Assembly (NCBI GenBank): GCA_950097015.1
Contig: CATNEN010000007.1
Coordinates: forward strand, 8,370,001-8,434,000
Source of the DNA: Macrostomum hystrix
Taxonomy: Eukaryota; Animalia; Platyhelminthes
Direction of reading: 5' to 3'
Length of the DNA stretch: 64,000 bases
Shown here: in pieces, positions 24,030 to 36,507 of the stretch
Numbering within the stretch: position 1 is the stretch's first letter
Layout of the letters: each line of letters begins with the position of its first letter
Notes under the pieces: model-generated
Databases searched by the model: none
Seen by the model: only the letters and a program-made list of their open reading frames with translations
Told to the model about the DNA's origin: nothing
Program-made: the position numbers and the translations under genes

Positions 24030-25880
24030 TCAAACTCGATGCGGCGATTTTTTACCCGAACCACCTGGCGAGCGCAGCTTGAGCGGACCCGGGCTGGCCG
24101 CTTTCTTCAGAATGGACCGCTCCGGTGTCCGATCGTCGCCTGAAGCTGTTGGCGTCACAACGCGATCTTTTTTGTTGAATCGTTTGCGAAATATTTTACC
24201 AAAAGTCACTGAGCGATTCATTTTACTATCGCTGTTGCACTCAACACTCTGTGGGGTTTTCAGCTGGGCCAGCTGCTGCTGCGGAGTTGCTGGCAACAGC
24301 GGCGTAGCCAATGCTGGCGACATGCGCGCTCGCTTCGCTGACGGCGGAGTCAGGATAGCGCCAACAGCTGACGACGGCGACAGAGAGGCTTTCTTGCGCT
24401 TGCCACCAGTAAAAACTGTTGGCGATTTCTGATTGGCTGAAGCCTGGGGAGACTTAGCGATAGGCGACTTCTCATTGGCTTTGGGAGAAGCAATCGGAAC
24501 ATGCGACTTATGATTGGCTGATTCCTGAGCTGATTCAGAAACAACTGGTGATTTCTCAATGGCCGCAGATTTTTTTACTTTGGGCGATTTTTGATTGACT
24601 AAAACCATAGGACGCTTGTTTATTACTGGCTTCTCCTGATGCGCTGTTGCCTCAGCGGACTGCTCAGCATCGGCAAGAATTTTAGTAGTCTCAACGACAA
24701 CAGGCGGCTGGCTGCCGGCTAGACTCTGGGAAGGCCCTGCTGCTGTCGTATTCTTCTTCTTTTTCTTCTTCTTCTTCGCGGAGCCAGTTGGAGACTTGGC
24801 CTCATCTGTCCGCTTCTTCTTGTCCAAGGGCTTGCCGTTCGGAGATTGCACTTTAGCCCCACTGGCACTGGAGACGCAAGTAGCGCTGGAATCCTGTTCG
24901 GATTGCGTTCCCTTTGAGCTATTCTTCTTCCTTCGCCTCTTCTTCTCTTGATTAATAAGCCGAGCAACAGCTGATGAGATCTCATCTTTGCCCAGCGTGG
25001 GACCGTCCGGCACCAGCGTGCCGTCAGTCTGTACATTGCCGCTCAGGATGTTCTTGAATGTTTTGTACCAATGAAACAGTCGCTTCCGATTTGGACTCTT
25101 CAGACTGGGATCGGAGCCCATGGCTAGCAGGCACTGGCAGAGCTCGTCCATGTCGATGTTGACCAGGCAGACCTCTGTCGTATCCTCATCCGCATCCTCA
25201 TCCTCATCAGCAGCACTGGCGGCCTCAGCCCGGTAGAGCGCCTGGTCAGCCAGGTACTGCAGCACAGCCTGCTCAACCTTCTCCACCACGTGATGCTTGT
25301 GCATCCCTACAGCCACGATGTCAATGAACGGGCGCAGAATGGCAAGCACTGTGCCAGGCCCAGCGTTGGTGACGCTTAACTCTTCGCAAACAATGTCCGC
25401 CAGGTGAAGCTTCAAGCCGTTACTAGGCTGATTAAAGTCAGCATTGACCACACTGTCACGCAGAATCTGAACGAACTTTCCTAGGCAGTCGTCGCTCCAG
25501 CTGACAGACTGCAGAAAAGCCAGCGAGGCTTTGAGAAAGCGGCGCACAAGCATCATGAACTTGTCCGCCCGCCAGTAGTCGATGCTGGCCCACTCTCTGG
25601 CTTCTGTCTCGAACAGGGCCCGTATGAAGTTCAGTTTGCAATCCTGGCTAGAGAGGACGCCTAGCAATGAGCAGATCATGTCGACAATGTCTTCGTGTCT
25701 GATTGGTTGGTCCTGCATCCACAACATGTAGTGCAAGCCCTTCATTATCAGCAGCGTATCATCGTATGAAATAGTTTCGGAGCCACTGAGAAGCTTTTTG
25801 GCACCAACAAAGCCTTTTAGACGGACTGGCTCCTCACTGGAGGCCAGCTTCTTGCAGACCTGCTTGATGTGCTCCAGCAT
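24030..25880 (-). CDS. RRP1: Ribosomal RNA processing protein 1 (Nop52 domain), single coding exon, ~616 aa
   Basis: Nop52 hallmarks KKLASSE, KGLHYMLWMQDQP, EWASIDYWRADKFMMLVRRFL, NGLKLHLADI and NRKRLF. Basic, SP-rich tail with SVTF (RVxF-like). ATG at 25880 lies 3 nt after a ttctacag acceptor-like site. Confidence 0.92.
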   Translation of the reverse strand: MLEHIKQVCKKLASSEEPVRLKGFVGAKKLLSGSETISYDDTLLIMKGLHYMLWMQDQPIRHEDIVDMICSLLGVLSSQDCKLNFIRALFETEAREWASIDYWRADKFMMLVRRFLKASLAFLQSVSWSDDCLGKFVQILRDSVVNADFNQPSNGLKLHLADIVCEELSVTNAGPGTVLAILRPFIDIVAVGMHKHHVVEKVEQAVLQYLADQALYRAEAASAADEDEDADEDTTEVCLVNIDMDELCQCLLAMGSDPSLKSPNRKRLFHWYKTFKNILSGNVQTDGTLVPDGPTLGKDEISSAVARLINQEKKRRRKKNSSKGTQSEQDSSATCVSSASGAKVQSPNGKPLDKKKRTDEAKSPTGSAKKKKKKKKNTTAAGPSQSLAGSQPPVVVETTKILADAEQSAEATAHQEKPVINKRPMVLVNQKSPKVKKSAAIEKSPVVSESAQESANHKSHVPIASPKANEKSPIAKSPQASANQKSPTVFTGGKRKKASLSPSSAVGAILTPPSAKRARMSPALATPLLPATPQQQLAQLKTPQSVECNSDSKMNRSVTFGKIFRKRFNKKDRVVTPTASGDDRTPERSILKKAASPGPLKLRSPGGSGKKSPHRV

Positions 25881-28686
25881 GTGCTGTAGAAGAGATAGAA
25901 TAGTTGCACAACTAAACATTCATTTTCATAGCAAATTCGCTATAGATCCTAAAACTTTAAATTCTACTCCAACAGAGATACAACTTTTGGTTACAATGGC
26001 CTGACTAGCAAAACTAAACATTATTTACTAAGAAATAAATATACTCACAAAAACTAACAAGTTGAAGAAGATACTTTAACTTCTTATACTCATTTTAAAA
26101 GTTACTATAAATAACAATTTTGAAAATAATGTATTTTTGAAAAGTGTGAATTTTTTCATTGAAAATCTGCTGCTGGTCAATCTCAAGACAGGTATGACTT
26201 TAATTATTTAATTAGTATACTTTTTCTAATATTTTCTTCATAAATTTCTTAAACAGCAGACTACAGAAAAGTTTTTTTTTCTTCATAAAATTATCTAACT
26301 TGTGAACCACACAGCATAGTATATACATTCTAAGGTTTCAAGAGAAAGGTAAAACATTATGGCAATGTTGCCTTTGGACTTGGCTTGCAATGTTTTTTAA
26401 ATAGAGCAAAATTTTAATCAGGAGTTTAAATTTGTGCTGGGTGTCATGCCACCTCACTTCAGAATACCATAAACAAGATTAGCTTTCTTGAGTATTACAG
26501 TTCCTGCAGGTAAATAGCTCTATAACTACAAAGATCCAGAGCTATTTTGAACTAAATGGACCTCTTTGAATAAATCACACAAGATGGGCTAAAACAACTA
26601 CAAACTAAATTTTTCCAATCATATTCTTTTTTGTTAGTAAATGTTCAATTTTCTAATTAAAATTATATTGAAACAAAAAGTTGGCACCATTGCCCACTTT
26701 GTTTTAGTACTTCAATTGTAACCAGCATAACAAAGAAGAAGAAAATATCATAGTAGTATTGATATACACACTGCTTAACACTGCTCACACTGCTTAACCT
26801 TATGTATGCCTAATTTACTGTTAACTACAATAGCTTTTATACACAGATTTTAATTAGACTCTACAAAGACTCTCTAGAAGAAATGTTAAAAGCTATAATT
26901 GCTAAGCCCAACATATTATAATCATAAGTAATACATTGGTAGCTAGAATTGTTCTTCTTTTTAGATATTACACTAGGCACACTATCTTGCTAAAAACATC
27001 TTCCTGGCAATTGAAATTTATTTCAGATCAGAGTTTTTAAGCAAAATTTAAATTTCCAAGATATATAAAAACGGTTCTATTACTATCATTTGTAATCAGT
27101 TTGTGCTTCACTTCAAAGGACCAATAAAATGTTTTTACATTATAGTACAAGCCAAGAAAGAAAGGAAGAGAAAAAAAGAAGAGAAAGAGAGATAAAATAC
27201 AGAAATCTGAAAATTGGACCAAAGAAACGTGTTTTAAGTTGTAAGTGGAGCAAATAAACTAACAAAGTTGCAGATAAAAGAAAAATTCTGCTGCAGATTT
27301 AAACATTGTCTATGCTCCTTAAAAGAGGGCAAAACTAACACCAATTTAGATCTACTTTTGATGCAACTTTGTTTAATAGGTTTGTTTTTACTAATATATT
27401 ATGAAAAAAAATTATTTATTCCAATTTCACATTCTCTTTTTTTTCTCTAACTTTTCACTGATTTTCTTCTTTTTCTCATCTACACCACAATAGGCGATAG
27501 GCGACTTTAGTCGGCCTCACTTTTTTTCATATCTACTCTGTTTTTCTTGTCTTTTCCTCTACCTTGACTTTTTTCTTCTTCCCTCTCTGCTTTACTCTAC
27601 TCTATGAGAGTATTACTTTGAGAGTAACTTCTACTCTATGATTTTCTTCTCTTTTTCTCTGTTTTTATCCTTTTTTCTTGCCTTTCTTTATTATTTTCAG
27701 CTTTTCTTCTTTTTGGAAAGACAATAAGGCTACAGATGAGGTAAAATAGGTCATGGATAAGAGAAAGCAAAGTCATAGATAAGATAAAACTAAGTTGTGA
27801 ATGAGGAAAATAAATAATAACCAGAAGAAAGTAAGCTCTCAATAGTACCTTTTAACAGACTTCTCTCTAAGATAATAATTTCATCAAAGCTAGAATATTT
27901 TGTCATTATGCTATGATTCTATCTTAATATCAAATCAGATCTCAAATCAATAGGCCTACACAGTATAAAGATTTGATGAAAATGTAACTTTACCACCATT
28001 ATTTCAATAATTGAAAAGTACCTTTCTAAAACATTAAAGAAAGCTGCTTTCTGATAATCTTGTAATATGAAGACCCTTGCCTTTTTGCAAGATAAATTTT
28101 TCCAGTCTATCAATGCATTGAAATCTGCTTTTTAATCTAATCAATATAAGTTGCTAGTTCACTATCATAGTCCGGATCATGTTGGCTGCACATCAGAAAA
28201 AAATTGTAAAAAATTGTTTGCATGCCAAGGATGCTGAGTTTTTCAAATTACAATCCAGTGCACGCCAACATGGTACATCATATCATTTGTATAAAAAAGA
28301 CGTAACACATTTTTTGCTTTAAATAGACAAACTGGCTTCCTCTTTGTATTTAAAGAAAAGCAATATCAAACAGAACAATATATTTGTTTATAGTATTTAT
28401 AGTCCAATTTACAAAACTTAAAAACATTTTTACAGATAATAGGCCTAGAACATTTTGGTGTAGCCATGCAAAGTCCCTTAAATAATTGGTTGATATTTGT
28501 AATTGTACATTAAGATACATAAAACACATATTTGATCTCTTTTAAAATTCAATGCACGATTGCACACTACACCATCACCATCACCATGTACACCTTGCAT
28601 GCCAAAGTGTACATCAACCCTTAAAGTATAGGCCTATACCAATACTAATGCACGCCATACAAGCTAGCTGAAAATAAAGGCAGTGC

Positions 28687-29010
28687 TTATCCCCACGGTA
28701 CCGTAGAAATAATTTTTGTCTTATTCCTACGGTATCGTGGGAATAATTTCCTGCTTATCCGCACGGCACACTGACGAGATAGCTGTCCTATCTTCAACAT
28801 ATTCCGTGGGAATAATTTCCTGCTTATCCGCACGGCACACTGACGAGATAGCTGTCCTATCATCTATCTTTTTATCATGACTGCAATTTTCCTTTTTTCT
28901 TCCGGTTTTTAAAAGCAAGTAAACAAATTAAAGTTTTCTGCTTTTTTCGCAATTAGTTAACCAATACGGTGGCTTTTTTAAGTAGATAGGACAGCTATCT
29001 CGTCAGTGTG
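28687..29010. repeat. Composite hairpin, direct repeat and inverted repeat (possible MITE remnant)
   Basis: Hairpin ~28687-28746. A ~56-bp direct repeat with period 69. CACACTGACGAGATAGCTGTCCTATC at 28767 and 28836 has an inverted copy at 28985-29010. Confidence 0.7.
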
Positions 29011-29841
29011 TAGGCTACTGTCAAATCGCACGATTGATATTGCGTGGTGGCTATCTTGCACTGAAATCGAGTGCGCGCATATAAATGTGATTCGAAGCAC
29101 TCTGTACATACATGCATATCTCATAAACATAAACATCTTATAAAAAATATAACCGCAGTTTTGAGAGTATAATCTAGAGTTATAGAGCATAGAGATAAAA
29201 ATCTTTTAAAAAAATATTTAAAACCTAACAGCTTTGAAGAAAGTCTAATTATATTTTATTTAAGCAAAATAACTAGGTTTTTTAGTTTTTTAATCAATGT
29301 GTATGCTTTAGTCTTAATAAGCAAAAAGCCTAGGGTCTTGTTTGTTTAACATTTGATCTACGATTTGTAGAAAAATTCCGCGGCCTTTGTCAACATTACA
29401 TATATTTGTTAGCCGCATCACCCATCACGCTGCCATGCACGACTCCTTCGCGTATCAAGATACAGTAACCATTTTTTCTTTCTTACGTATTCAAACTTGA
29501 CTACAGTATCCGTTGTCATAGAAAATGGTAATTTAATTTGTTTTTAAAGTACTCTTTTTTCTTTGGGATATTATGACAGGTGTCCTTTATTTTATTTTTT
29601 TGCGTAGGCCTAACTAGCAAACCAAACCTAAGCCTAACATGAGCTAATGATTGAATAAATAAGACCTAGATTCTTAGATTTTTTCTAACGAATAGCTTAT
29701 AGAAACCCTTGACTATTGATCGGGTTGATTGGGTCAGTTTTATGACTTACTTGCAGGCGCTTTGACTCAGCCAATGACCTTGCCGACCACAGCCACTTAT
29801 CCCATCCCCATCTATTTGCGATTTAGTGATGTATGTGGCAC

Positions 29842-30080
29842 CATACATGTGCAACCTCCCAAATCTTAGCCGGCCATGCGACTTAGTTTTTGCTCTATTT
29901 ATGACTTAGTTTGCTCTCATTGGCTCTCTTTTTCTTTCCCCTTTCCTTTTCTTCACGCCTTCCTTTTTTGTCCCTTGGTCCCCCCTTTGGTTTTTTGCAC
30001 TTGGTTGATTGGTTTTTGTGACTTACCTTGCTTGGCCCTTGTTTCACCTGGCCAGGTCGGCCGGGTGTTGCGCATGTATG
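29842..30080 (+). mobile_element. hAT-type MITE, copy 1
   Basis: TIRs CATACATG(T)GCAAC...GTTGCGCATGTATG; 8-bp TSD TGTGGCAC on both sides. Confidence 0.92.
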
Positions 30081-31674
30081 TGTGGCACTATGTGCAATTA
30101 CTTGATTGGGGGCCTTGCTTTTGAATATCTCTACCTATCCTTTAGAATTCTAGATATCTAACTGGAAGTGAAGGCTTTGACAAGAGCTGAGCCAAGTGAA
30201 AAAATCCCTGTCCCAAGCCCCAAGGATACTGTAGGAATGTATTTTAGGTAGACCAAGGACATTTTCCTGTTTAATCTTACCCAAAATGTTATCCTAATTA
30301 GAAAACTTACCTGTTTTCTGTTTTTAATTGTTTGGATTTCTAAAGTTTCCATTAGAAAAATAAGTAGGCCCCTAGGGCCTATTGTGTATTTATGTTGCAA
30401 TAGGCATATTTCATTGCATTGTAGATTTTTATGGCTTCATTTTCAACTTTAGCTACAGCTTCAATTGTTCAACAATAAATTATATTTGATAGGGTAGGGC
30501 CTAGCAGTTTAGCAGTGTGGCCTGACACTGTAGTCTATCTTGCAAGGCAATCAATAGCCTTTTAAATTATTTTTTTGTGTTCTTAGGCCTACCCATTGTT
30601 GTTACTTAAAGTTGACCAGGAATTAACATGAGCAAACAAATTTTGAGTTTTTGTGAGAACAGATAAACCTTGCTGCAGTCCAAAAGTTGAGAGTCAAAAG
30701 CAATAGTCATGTCTGTATGAATTTGTACAAAGCATATCCATAGGGGTATATCCAAAGAGATATCTTTATTGTCTACATGAACAAGACAAAATGTAATACT
30801 GTTTGTCTTTGACTCTTTGACAACACTAGGAAATCAGTTGAAATCATGTTACACTAGCTAGTGAAGAAAGTCGTAAGTGAGGCTGTCAGCTAGAGTGTAA
30901 AACTCTGCATCTACATCTTCTATTTAGTCTTGCTCAAATTGATGCCTCTGCTCTAGTGTAGCTCTCTCTGCTTAAGATTGTAATGTTTTTGGCTATAGTC
31001 ACTCAGGAGCTATGTGAATATAGTTGAAATGGAATCTTCTTTCAGTTGACCTGATTGATAAAAGCATTGTCATTCCTCATGCACTTTCAACAAAGATAAG
31101 TGTCTTGGGATGTGGCAATAAAGTCATTGTCTATATTGTACAAGGAGCATAGTCTTGATTGCCTCCAAAATAATTTTCCCTGCAAAGTTGCTATAGGCCT
31201 AGGCCTAACTATTCTTGGAAAAGTATATTGATAGGCCTAGTTTAGAGGAAACTCATGAAATAAGATCCGGAATTTGATGGCTCCTGAAGTCACAGTGGAG
31301 CTTTTCCTTAGGTATCCAGAATTGCAATTAAATGCATCACACTGGTAACCCATTTGTTTGGGTTCAGAGTGAAAAGCTTACCATGTGAAAAATATGTGAA
31401 AATAGGCCTATAATTATTACTTTAAATTTGTAACTAAGCCTATTGTAATGAACAACTACAATCAATTATGCAATCAATCAAATAACTTTCGCAACAAGTA
31501 ATGATGCTGTAATTGAATTGACATGCCTTAATTGATTTTCTCTTTAGGGTTTGTTGAAAGAAAGCCCATTTGCTCTCTGGGCTGCTGGTTTGATGTTATT
31601 TATTTAGATAAAGCGAAGAGAAATAAACTCATGGGGAAGGGTGCCCAGGGCACAAGCAGATGTACAAGTACATT

Positions 31675-31880
31675 CATACATGCGCAACCTCCCAAATCTT
31701 AGCCAGCCGTGCGACTTTTTGCTCTCATTTGCAACTTAGTTCGTTTCATTGCTCTATTTACAACTTAGTTTGCTCTCATTTGCTCTCTTTTTCTCTCCCC
31801 TTTTCCTTTTCTTCACGCCTTCCTTTTTTGTCCCTTGGTCCCTCGGTTTGGCCTGGTCGGCTGGGTGTTGTGCATGTATG
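31675..31880 (+). mobile_element. hAT-type MITE, copy 2
   Basis: Same TIRs and body; 8-bp TSD AGTACATT. Confidence 0.92.
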
Positions 31881-33677
31881 AGTACATTGCATGACAGGGC
31901 GGAGTGGGGTGAAAGGTGAGTTGGCTTTCACTTAATGCACAAAAAACCATTTGGGCTGAATAAATATGTACTTTTCCACCACAGATGCCTTTGGTAACAA
32001 CCAATTTTGTTGCAACTTGTTTGCAATTATTTCTGTGATAATTTATAAGTACATCAACTTGGCATTTGACTAATCAGGTACTTTTAAGGTTGTGTCCACA
32101 AACTAACTTCAAAACTTAACAGCTCAGAAACAAAGTGACTTTTTCATTCACCACTTTGATAGCTGCAAAGTTGTTGTAATGACTGGCCTGACCACAGATT
32201 AAATTACCTTGCCAGAATGCAGTGCTTTTTACTTTATTCTTGTAAGCATTTCCTATGTTTACAAATGTTTCTATGTTTCTGCCTACCAGATAATAGGGGA
32301 ACAAATAAAATGCAAAAGACAACCAAAAGAGAGAACAGAAAAGGAGACTTGTAACACAACCAAAACAAAGTGAAAACCTTAACGCTAAAGGTAATGCAAG
32401 CTTCTGTGGGAGGCACACAAAAATTGTGTCCAACTTGGCCAACTTAAACTTATCAACTTATCACCAGATCAACTTAATCAAAATAGTCCAAATCAGACAG
32501 ATTCATCTTGGTTACTTGACTAACTGCCATATTGGGATACCAAAACTTCAATCACACAGTTAAACTTTTTGATCAAATTGCAGTTGACAAAATGATTAGC
32601 ATTAAAAATAATCAAGTAAACAAATCAATTATAATGTGGTTTTAGGAACATTGTGAGAAACATGGTTATACGAGCATATGGATAGTGGAGCAGCAAAAAT
32701 GGATGTGCATGATAGTCGTGATTATCCCCAACTGCTTGGCTGCAGCTCAGCTACCTATCATTGACAATGCATTTGGGGCCCTACTCTATTGGTTCAGCCA
32801 TGCATTAGCTACATAGTAACTAAAACTTAATTACTCCCAAGTTAATGCAATTTGATACATGTATCAAAGTGAGCCTTTTGATTACTAAAGTATTTGGTTT
32901 TTCATCCTCCAGCCATTTTATATTTTATTACTTTTCTTGTATTTTTTGGCTAGCAGCTAATTATAAGCAAAAAGTGTTGGATAGGCACAATCCACTTCAG
33001 ATAATATCTGTTGAACTTAGTCTAATTTCGTTGCAAGTTATGCACTTCATTATTCTTTTATACTCCCTTAGTACCGAATCTAACAAGGCTGTTTACAAAT
33101 CACTGCATTAGGATACAGCACTCCTAAATACTTTACTTTCTTCGCTATATTTTGTATTTTCTGAAAGCATATAAGATTGTATCTCTGTGTGCAGCATTTG
33201 GTTTCACAAATTTAATATTTAAAGAGTGCTGCATGATTACCTCTTCTGAATCAATTTGTAAGGGGCACATATTACAGAACAGTCTAAGATACTATTTACA
33301 GTCTGTATAACCTGTAAGAGTACCTGGCCTGTGGTCGTATATCTTTACAGCGAGTCTGTTTAAGCAAACAGCCACCACGATTTACTGGTTATCTGCCAAG
33401 AAAGACAAAAAATGGGTAATCCCAACACTGTGGGCACTCCCTTGGCTGTCTCCTTGCCTGTCGATAAAGCTGACCTTGTAGTGCAAGAACAATCTTAACA
33501 GGGAAAAAGCAAGGCACAGACCGCTGGACACAGAACAAGCGCCTGTTGGTGTGTTGGGCACCAATTAGGGATGTCCGGACCATGTCCGGACCATCGTCCT
33601 CCTGATCGTCCTAGTTGCCATTACTAAATTAGGTAATTGATTTCACCTGCCCAAATTGGGTCAGATGTGCAGCCAAC

Positions 33678-33927
33678 AGCACAGCCGCAGCTATTGCGTG
33701 GTGCATCTGAAAGCTGCGTAAAGCTGTTCAGTCCATAGACGGCGGACGCCACACCCACCATCAATAATCCCAGCTAATGCTGGTACCCATTTTACAGCTG
33801 GCTGAACTGAAGCAATGCAGAGTTAAGTGTCTTGCTGAAGGACACAGATTGTTCCAGTGGTGTCAGGAAACGAATCCCGGCCTTTAAGTCGTGAGTCCGA
33901 CGCTCTAACCACTAGGCTACAGCCTCC
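33678..33927 (-). mobile_element. CORE-like tRNA-derived SINE (family A), most complete copy
   Basis: Minus strand: GGAGGCTGTAGCCTAGTGGTTAGAGCGTCGGACTC...GGATTCGTTTCC, then TGTGTCCTTCAGCAAGACACTTAACTCTGCATTGCTTCAGTTCAGCCAGCTGTAAAATGGG (CORE-like), then a 3' part shared with the 18250 copy. Confidence 0.83.
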
Positions 33928-34575
33928 TTTACTACAACCTGACATTACTATAATCCCAGTAATAGTCTCTCTGTAAGAGCGGTCCCAGTATGCTTGCAGC
34001 TACTCAAGAAATAGATCTCTTGGTTCATACAGTCCAGCCCTTAGTCCAGTGGGCCCAGCAGACTCGGGAGGAAATCCACGTCCTGCATGGTAAAGGTCTC
34101 CATTCATTATTGGTGAAATGGGCTTACCATAAGGACTTACCAGGCAATCCAAATCTCCCATCCCCTTAGGGCCCAGACCGGTTTAATCGGTACCTCCTGT
34201 GGGAGATTCTTACCACGAACTGATCCGTGAGCTCATTCACTCAGTTCATATTTTCTCATGACAGACATGAGCTCATAATTGCTGCTCCTAATGAGACTCG
34301 ACTCAAAGTGTCGCATCTCTTGCCTGCTCAATCCTCCAGTGATGGCTAATTGGTTGCTGGACTAGCTACACTGCAAAGCTCTTTGTGACTAGCTTCCCCT
34401 GAAACAAAGAAAGCTCAACTGAGAACGTTGTTCTCGGAAGTGCGAGCCGCACTTACGAGTTCTTCCCTAAAGGAATTCTGTTTTATAATTTCAGTTCTGC
34501 ATTTAAATCCGATTCATCGATTCTACTAGAAAACTAAATAAACCATTGAGTTTTGAGTCAACTCAACCAGTGAGC

Positions 34576-36507
34576 ATGTCGCAAGATACAAACGACGCTT
34601 CGAGCACCGGGGACTGCAAAATTCTGCACCCGTTCGTTCTGTGGGGCCAGAAAGATCAAAATCTTTACCTGACGGTGCAGCTGCAGGGCGTCACCGAGCC
34701 CATCATTAACCTGGAGGAGGGTCGGCTCAGCTTTTTTGCCAAGGGCTACGGTTGCCATGGAAACAATTTGTACCAATTCGACATTGATCTCTACCTGCCT
34801 GTGCAGCGCCGCCTTAGTTCCTGGCAGGTAGTTAGTTATCCTAATGGTTTCATATTGCCAATTAAAATGCACTTTATAAATCTAACTATCTGCCCGCTCT
34901 CGCCGCCCAGGTGAAAGAGAAGTGCGTAGAATTCCACCTGCTGAAGGAGAGCAGCGAGATTTGGCCCCGCCTGACCAGCGCCAAACAGCGCGAGCCCTGG
35001 ATCAAAGTGAACTTCGATCACATGCAGTTCTCCGACGACTCGGACCGGGAGGAGCCGCCCTTCCCCAAATGGGATTCCGACCTGGACTCGGCGTCCTCGT
35101 CTAGGCGACGCCGCGACAAACTCAGCGACGCTGTGTCCAAGGATATGGACAAATTCTTTGACGTATTCCGCAGTCCGCGGAAGCTCTACCTGTTTCTGTA
35201 CAACATGTTCCAGTGGGTTGGTTTCTGCTATGTGTTCCACGTGTCTTTGTACACCTACCTGCGGGCCGGCGCGCCCGCGCAGCGACAGGAGGTCTTTGCC
35301 GGCGTCCTGCCGCAGCTCTGCATGGTGCAGGCGGCCGCCAGCCTTGAGATTCTCCACGCCGCCCTCGGCTGGGTGCGCTCTGGCCTGCTGGCTTCCGTCA
35401 TGCAGGTAAGCCGAAGTCAAGGATCTAATGGTTGGCTAAGTTGCAGTTCTAAGCACCAGTTATTGATTGCTGCTGCGATTTTTTTAAATGTCCTACGATT
35501 CTCGCTTGCATCTTCCGCAGCCAATCTCGGTACTCGGACTCTTGCTGCGATTCTTGGTACTAGGTCTCTTGCTGCGATTCTTGGTACTAGGTCTCTTGCT
35601 GCGATTCTTGGTACTAGGTCTCTTGCTGCGATTCTTGGTACTAGGTTTCTTGCTGCGATTCCCGCTAACATCTCCTGCTGCGATTCTCGGTACTCGGACT
35701 CTTGCTGCGATTCTCGGTACTAGGTCTCCTGCTGCGATTCTCGGTACTAGGTCTCTTGCTGCGATTCCCGCTTACATCTCCTGCTGCGATTCTCGCCTTC
35801 TCATATTCTTCCTTCTGTAACGATAGCAGCAATTTTCAATAATTTTCGTTCTGAGAGTCTTGACCTTGTGCTTTTGTTAAAATTTAGCATTTGTAATTAT
35901 GGATCAATTCCAAGAGTTTATACACATGTTCATCAAATTAGACTTTTACAATAGACGCTCTTGTTTCCACACTCAGGTATGCGGCCGTGGCATGATCCTA
36001 TTCATGCTGGTGCTGCCCTACAAGGAGCTTCAGCAGACTGAGCCGGTGTTCTGGCTGGCTGTCACCTGGTCAGCAGTGGAGGTGGTCCGCTATCCTTACT
36101 ACATCCTGGCTGTGCTGGGCCAGGAGTCCGGCATTGTCACCTGGCTGCGCTACACCATGTGGATCCCGCTCTATCCGCTCGGCTTTGTCCTTGAAGGTCT
36201 TGTAATGCTGTCCGCCCTGCCGCGGGTGATGGAAGAGCGCTGGTACAGCCCGCAGCTGCCCAACAAGTTCAACATGTCGTTCGACTTCTCGCTGTTCCTT
36301 CGCGTCTACATGGTGGGCTTCCTGTTTGGCGCCTACGCCCTCATGAGCCACATGTACGCGCAGCGCAAGAAGAAATTCGGCGCCAACCCGCGCTCCCAGT
36401 TCAGCCGCTGGGGCCTCCTGCCCTTCCTATCTGGCCGCAATCAGCGCCGGGCTCTGGGCTTGGACGCCGGCGACACGGCCTCGGAGAAGGTGCAGAAGGT
36501 CAAGTGA
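34576..36507 (+). CDS. HACD3: Very-long-chain 3-hydroxyacyl-CoA dehydratase 3 (CS/p23 + PTPLA domains), 3 exons, ~425 aa
   Basis: Model join(34576..34827, 34911..35405, 35977..36507), all phase 0. CS domain motifs HPFVLWGQ, WPRLT, WIKVNFDH. PTPLA motifs YLFLYNMFQWVGF, LEILHAALG, WSAVEVVRYPYY, WLRYTMWIPLYPLG, HMYAQRKK. Confidence 0.93.
35520..35795. repeat. 27-bp intronic minisatellite CTTGCTGCGATTCTTGGTACTAGGTCT
   Basis: Tandem copies in HACD3 intron 2. Confidence 0.9.
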
